Positions 29,992 through 34,455 of a DNA stretch of 34,455 bases are shown piece after piece. Both the position numbers and the translations under genes were made by a program. The notes beneath the pieces are model-generated. The model was not told the DNA's origin. It saw only the letters and a list, made by a program, of their open reading frames with translations, and made no database searches. The stretch's first letter is position 1. Each line of letters starts with the position of its first letter. This DNA is from a bacterium (GTDB lineage Bacteria > Zhuqueibacterota > Zhuqueibacteria > Oceanimicrobiales > Oceanimicrobiaceae): positions 1-34,455 of the forward strand of contig JBHHXN010000042.1 in NCBI GenBank assembly GCA_046757025.1. The letters run 5' to 3'.

Positions 29992-30213
29992 GTTTAGGTT
30001 AAAAGAAAACAGTTGAAAAAAAATCAACGGCAATAATATACCGACAATAATCCTCTAAAAAAATAGTAGAAACTATCAAAATGTGGTAGAATCGACATTG
30101 ATAAACAATCATAGTTTGTTCGATAATTGAAACGGTAGGCATGGGGCCGCATCGGCCAGACAGAGTCATTTTGCGGTGATTTTTACTACCCTAACTATAT
30201 CAGAAAATTTCGT

Positions 30214-30255
30214 AAATCCCAAATCTGCAATCAGAAATCAACAATCAGAAATCTG
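30214..30255. repeat. Degenerate heptamer tandem repeat (6 units)
   Basis: aaatccc aaatctg caatcag aaatcaa caatcag aaatctg, just downstream of the regulator stop codon. Confidence 0.7.
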
Positions 30256-30279
30256 TTTTACCAACCTTTTAATTTGCGT

Positions 30280-30912
30280 TTAATCTACCAGACCGTACTT
30301 AAACGCATAGTAGGTGATCTCAGCATTGTTGGTCATATTCATTTTCTCGAGAATATGGGCTCGGTGGGTGCTGATGGTGGTGACACTGAGTGAGAGCTCC
30401 TCTGCGATTTGCGTGACTGTTTTGCCGCTAGCGAGCATATTCATCACCTGAAATTCACGATCGGACAATTTTTCATGCGGGGCTTTATCGCCATCGCTGT
30501 CCAGGTAGCTGGCCAGGGCTTCTGCCAGGGAGTTGCTAACAAATTTTCGGCCGCTAGCTACTTTTCGAATGGCATTGATGAGTTCGTCCGGAGCGCTGAC
30601 TTTGGTCAAATAGCCGGCAGCGCCAGCTTTGAAAGCGCGCACCGCATAACGCTCCTCTGGATGCATGCTCAATATTAGAATCGGTAGTTTGGGCTTTTCA
30701 TTTTTAATTTGTGTGATAATTTCCAACCCGCTGCGTCCCGGCAGGGAAATATCCAGCAAAACCACGTCGTAGTCGTTTTTGGAAATCAAGTCCATAGCTT
30801 GTTGTCCGTAGGAGGCCTCTCCGGCGTACTCGATGTCGCTGTATTCTTCGAGAATTTGCTTGATACCTTCTCTCAAAATCGCATGATCATCGACCATGAG
30901 CACCTTTATCAT
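30280..30912 (-). CDS. NarL/UvrY-type response regulator
   Basis: MVDDH, VLLDISLPG, LSMHPE, GYLTK, HTH LSDREFQV..GKTVTQIAEELSLSVTTISTHR. ATGA overlap with the upstream kinase. Confidence 0.96.
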   Translation of the reverse strand: MIKVLMVDDHAILREGIKQILEEYSDIEYAGEASYGQQAMDLISKNDYDVVLLDISLPGRSGLEIITQIKNEKPKLPILILSMHPEERYAVRAFKAGAAGYLTKVSAPDELINAIRKVASGRKFVSNSLAEALASYLDSDGDKAPHEKLSDREFQVMNMLASGKTVTQIAEELSLSVTTISTHRAHILEKMNMTNNAEITYYAFKYGLVD

Positions 30913-33230
30913 TTGACAACCTCTTGGACCTTACTAATTGGCAGCTTAACGACAAGGGTGGTTCCCCTGTTTTTGCTGCCGGAGATTTCCACTTTGCCAC
31001 CCCAGGTATGCATTCTTTCTCTCATGCCCATCAATCCAAACGAAGTGGAGCTGTTGATTTCTTTTTCTGTAATGCCCTTGCCGTTATCGGTAATTTTCAA
31101 AATAAGCTCGCCATTTTGTTGGTTGAGATCGATTTGAACCCTGGACGCCTTGGCATGTCGCACGATGTTGGTCAGAGCCTCTTGTGAAATCCGGAAGATG
31201 GCGGTAGACAGGTCGTTATCGAATTGGAAGTCGCTAAAATTGCAGCTGAAGGTACACTGAATGTCGGTTCTTTTTTGCAGGTCCTCGGCGAGCCAATGGA
31301 TGGCATCTTTAACGCCCAATTCATCCAGCAAGCGCGGTCGAAGTTTCGCGGAAACTTCGTTGACCCACACGATAACTCGGTCGATGGTGCCGAGCATGGA
31401 GTGGATTTTTTCTGAGAGAATTTTTTCGTCCGGCGCGATTCTTTTTTTCAGCCAGGAAACGTCCATTTTTAACGCGGTAAGCGTTTGCCCCAGCTCGTCG
31501 TGAATTTCACGCACGATGTTTTTTCTTTCTTTTTCGCGCACGGACTGCAGGTGAGCTGACAATCGACGCAATTGGGCGTGCGAGCGCTTCAGATCCATTT
31601 CAGCCTGCTTGCGCTGGGTGATGTCCTCTCCTGAGCTTAAAGTACCCACAATGTGTCCCTCGTCGTCGCGGATCAGTTCGTTGTGCCAGGCGATCAATCT
31701 TTCCTCGCCGCTTTTTGAAAGCACAGGATTTTCATAATATTTGACTTTGAATTCTTCTCCCTGCATCAGCTCGTCAAAAACCGCTCTAACCTCGTCACGA
31801 ATGCTGGGTGGAAGAAAATGGTCGAACCAGTTTTTTCCGATTATTTCGTGCTCGTCATAGCCGAGAATTTCACAACCCTTTTGATTGACCAAAATGACTT
31901 TCTGGTTTTTGTCGATGGCCACAAACATTACACCGGCAATATCCAGGTACAGCTTGGCGGTGTCTTTTTCCTTTTTCAGAGCGGCTTCGGCAAGTTTGCG
32001 CTCGGTGATATCGGTGATGATCCCCAAAATGGCTGACTGACCATCGTATTTTATCAACCGTGTAGCCTGAATGGCTTCAAATTTTTTTCCGTCTTTGGTG
32101 AGCAGCGTATACTCGCAAGCCGGAATTTCCTGACCCTGCAAGTGCTTTTTAAAATTGGCTGCCGCTAAATCCCGACTTTCCGGAGCCAGCAAATTCAAGA
32201 AGTCGAAGTCCGGCGAGTAAAATTCCTCTTTGGTGTAACCCATGGTTTCCTGGGCTTGCTCGTTTACATAAACGACTTTGCCCGCAATGTTGATGAAAAT
32301 CATATTCGGCGATTTTTCTGCAAGACTTTTAAATTTTTCCTCGGATTCCAACAAAGCTTCTTTGGCTTTTTTGCGTTCCGTAATATCGCGCAAGGCTGCC
32401 ACTCGCACCACTTCGTCTTGATAGATCGTTGTCCGACCAATGATTTCTAGCGGAAATGTGGAGCCATCCTTTCTCAATCCCACCACCTCATACGGTTTAT
32501 CATAACCAGCAAGAATATTTTTCATCAGCTGTTCTCGGTATTCTGGCGCCGTACAATCCAAAGCGTTCATACCAATAAACTCAGAAAGTTCGTAGCCGAA
32601 CATGTCTGCTAATTTTTGATTGGCATCGATTATGAAGCCTTTTTTATGAATCACCAAACCTTCAAACGCTACGCTGGATAATCGCCGAAACCGTTCTTCG
32701 CTTTTTCGCCGAGCCTCTTCAGCCTGCTTGCGTTTGGTGATATCCAGCACCACGGTGCTCACACCGCGCACCGTACCATCCGCGGATTTTAACGGATAAT
32801 AGCTCACCAAACCAAACATGGGTTCATCGGGGTTGGCCGCAGTAATGCCCTCCACTTCAAAATCCAGCTCGGGCTCGCCCGTTTCGATAACACGACGATA
32901 AATGGGCTCGACGATTTTTGCGATATCTGGAATCACTTCTCGAAGAGTCCGGCCGATATGTTTCTGCACCGGGTGGCCGTTGATGGCAGCCAGACGTTCA
33001 TTGATGCACACAAATCGCAGGTCGGTATCCATCAAACATAATCCCACTGGCGCTGAGTTGTATAGATGATCCAACTCTTCTAATTGTTCTTTGAGCTTTT
33101 CTTTGTGCTGCCTTAACACTTCTTCAACTTGCTCGTGCTTTTGCTCTAATTTTTTACACAAATGGATTTGCTTGCGTAACTCGTTCAGCTCTTGGATGAG
33201 CTGTTGTTTTGATTTATCGTGATCCTTCAT
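30909..33230 (-). CDS. Soluble 4-PAS sensor histidine kinase (HisKA_3 class)
   Basis: N-terminal coiled coil and four PAS domains ending in DIT. H-box IVREIHDELGQ, QEALTNIVRHA, DNGKG, FGLMGMRER. RBS GGAGG. Confidence 0.95.
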   Translation of the reverse strand: MKDHDKSKQQLIQELNELRKQIHLCKKLEQKHEQVEEVLRQHKEKLKEQLEELDHLYNSAPVGLCLMDTDLRFVCINERLAAINGHPVQKHIGRTLREVIPDIAKIVEPIYRRVIETGEPELDFEVEGITAANPDEPMFGLVSYYPLKSADGTVRGVSTVVLDITKRKQAEEARRKSEERFRRLSSVAFEGLVIHKKGFIIDANQKLADMFGYELSEFIGMNALDCTAPEYREQLMKNILAGYDKPYEVVGLRKDGSTFPLEIIGRTTIYQDEVVRVAALRDITERKKAKEALLESEEKFKSLAEKSPNMIFINIAGKVVYVNEQAQETMGYTKEEFYSPDFDFLNLLAPESRDLAAANFKKHLQGQEIPACEYTLLTKDGKKFEAIQATRLIKYDGQSAILGIITDITERKLAEAALKKEKDTAKLYLDIAGVMFVAIDKNQKVILVNQKGCEILGYDEHEIIGKNWFDHFLPPSIRDEVRAVFDELMQGEEFKVKYYENPVLSKSGEERLIAWHNELIRDDEGHIVGTLSSGEDITQRKQAEMDLKRSHAQLRRLSAHLQSVREKERKNIVREIHDELGQTLTALKMDVSWLKKRIAPDEKILSEKIHSMLGTIDRVIVWVNEVSAKLRPRLLDELGVKDAIHWLAEDLQKRTDIQCTFSCNFSDFQFDNDLSTAIFRISQEALTNIVRHAKASRVQIDLNQQNGELILKITDNGKGITEKEINSSTSFGLMGMRERMHTWGGKVEISGSKNRGTTLVVKLPISKVQEVVK

Positions 33231-33466
33231 AATGCCTCCGGATGCGCACTTGCTTAATCATCAAAAAGGAAACGCAAAATTGAGTAAAATGGATGTAAAA
33301 ACCAAACGAAATGTTCTCGCGAACAACGGTGCTTTCATTTCTGGATTATGAGCAAGATTCAGACGAGCTGTGATAAATGTTAACTTGTGTGTGAAAGTAT
33401 TCAGGTTGTAAACAGCGAAGGGATTAAAATATCAATTTGCGGTTCTATTGCTCATGTGAAAATGGT

Positions 33467-33515
33467 CTTTAAATTTAATTTAAAGGATTATCTGTAAAAG
33501 GCAAGGACTATTTTA
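33467..33515 (-). promoter_or_regulatory. Promoter of the 4-PAS kinase, with the shared 18-bp element and a palindrome over the -10
   Basis: TTGCCT (33504-33499), 16 nt, TAAATT (33482-33477). Perfect palindrome ctttaaatt-t-aatttaaag at 33467-33485. Confidence 0.45.
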
Positions 33516-33626
33516 CAATTCGCCGCACAATATTGCGTTTTCCTTAATTTTCGATTTGGAAAACAACCATGAATAATTTGCGTTATTGTTTCCGTTCCGT
33601 TGGTAGTGTCACCGCATGTCAATGAT

Positions 33627-34370
33627 TTAAGGATTGATTTTGTGTGCTACGCCTACCACCGCCAGCTCCTGGCCTTTGTCATCGAGAATGATCGAACGCG
33701 AGAGGTATATGGGAAATTCCGTGCCGTCTTTTCTTTGATGCGTCACCTGGCTTTTCCAGCCGTACTCATCAATTTCGGATATCACCTTTTTCATATCCTT
33801 TGCATTTTGATTATCGTTTTTCCAGAGTATGCGGCTCGGTTGACCGATGATTTCACCATCCGTGAACCCGTAATTTTTACAAAAAGATTTGTTTACAAAT
33901 ATGATGGTATCGTTGACATCGGTAATGTAAATACTATCGTGGATGCACATCAAAGCGTGGGAAAGCATTCTGTATTTTTCTTCAACTTGCTTCCTTTTAA
34001 TGGCCTTTTCGATGACAATCGGCAGCACTTTGAGATAATTGTTTTCTACGTCTTTCACCAAGTAATCGAAAGCCCCTTCCTTCATGGCTTTCACCGCGAT
34101 GTCTTCATCCCCTAATCCCGTGATAATGATTAAAGGAATATCTGCGGCTGCCTGCATTAAATCAAACGCCGTGGCGTCTCCCAAATAATAGTCCGCGATG
34201 ATCACATCGAAGACTTTACTGGCTAAATGCTCTTCGGTTTCGGCTTTGCTGCTGGAGAGGGTGTAGTCATAAGGCAGCTTATCAAAATCCACCAACCGCT
34301 CAAAGGCCATTTGATCGAATTTGTTGTCCTCAACAAAGAGGACGCGGATAGTTTTAGTATTCATGTTCAT
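33627..34370 (-). CDS. Receiver + single PAS domain protein (no output domain)
   Basis: LFVEDN, IIADYYL (phospho-Asp), IITG, AFDYLVKD, then PAS (IYITD..IIFVNKSF..RKDGTEFPI). Ends at VGVAHKINP*. Confidence 0.88.
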   Translation of the reverse strand: MNMNTKTIRVLFVEDNKFDQMAFERLVDFDKLPYDYTLSSSKAETEEHLASKVFDVIIADYYLGDATAFDLMQAAADIPLIIITGLGDEDIAVKAMKEGAFDYLVKDVENNYLKVLPIVIEKAIKRKQVEEKYRMLSHALMCIHDSIYITDVNDTIIFVNKSFCKNYGFTDGEIIGQPSRILWKNDNQNAKDMKKVISEIDEYGWKSQVTHQRKDGTEFPIYLSRSIILDDKGQELAVVGVAHKINP

Positions 34371-34455
34371 GCAGAAAAGTTCGCGAATTCAATTCAACAA
34401 AATTCCTAATGCAGCGAAAAGCCGCAAACCGAAAAGCGAAATTCGCAAAAAGGAA

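Noticed and set aside
22320..33230. Repeated DITERK/AEEAL-coding stretches as a CRISPR array or DNA repeat
   Set aside because: They are conserved PAS-linker protein motifs inside intact ORFs, not constant-length repeat-spacer units.
69..34409. Many plus-strand ORFs of 60-253 aa in the ORF track
   Set aside because: Nearly all are antisense shadows of well-supported minus-strand genes and none shows recognisable motifs.

Overview
A bacterial chromosomal segment with every credible gene (21 CDS) on the minus strand. The left two-thirds is housekeeping and metabolic: UbiB/ABC1-family kinase, MtnX-like HAD phosphatase, ppdK, S41 C-terminal protease, tmk, MATE transporter, ino1 beside a PIP-synthase-like CDP-alcohol phosphotransferase, rsmI, and lysine 6-aminotransferase beside an aldehyde dehydrogenase. 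An apparent operon follows, made of a 56-aa membrane protein missing from the ORF track, a GlgD-like/GlgC pair and a nucleotidyltransferase fused to a degenerate phosphomannomutase. The right third is a soluble signalling cluster: a 2333-aa HisKA_3 kinase (12 PAS + 3 GAF by motif count) with a NarL-type regulator, a second 4-PAS kinase/regulator pair, and a REC-PAS protein with no output domain. The main non-coding signals are a ~178-nt rod-shaped 6S-like RNA candidate (2537-2714), a 174-bp MITE-like insertion with a TAA duplication inside a palindrome (14253-14426), an identical 18-bp promoter element upstream of both kinases, and two structured elements in the 958-bp gap between the two-component pairs. 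I saw no rRNA, tRNA, CRISPR array, transposase or defence genes. All family calls come from motif recognition by eye, not database searches.
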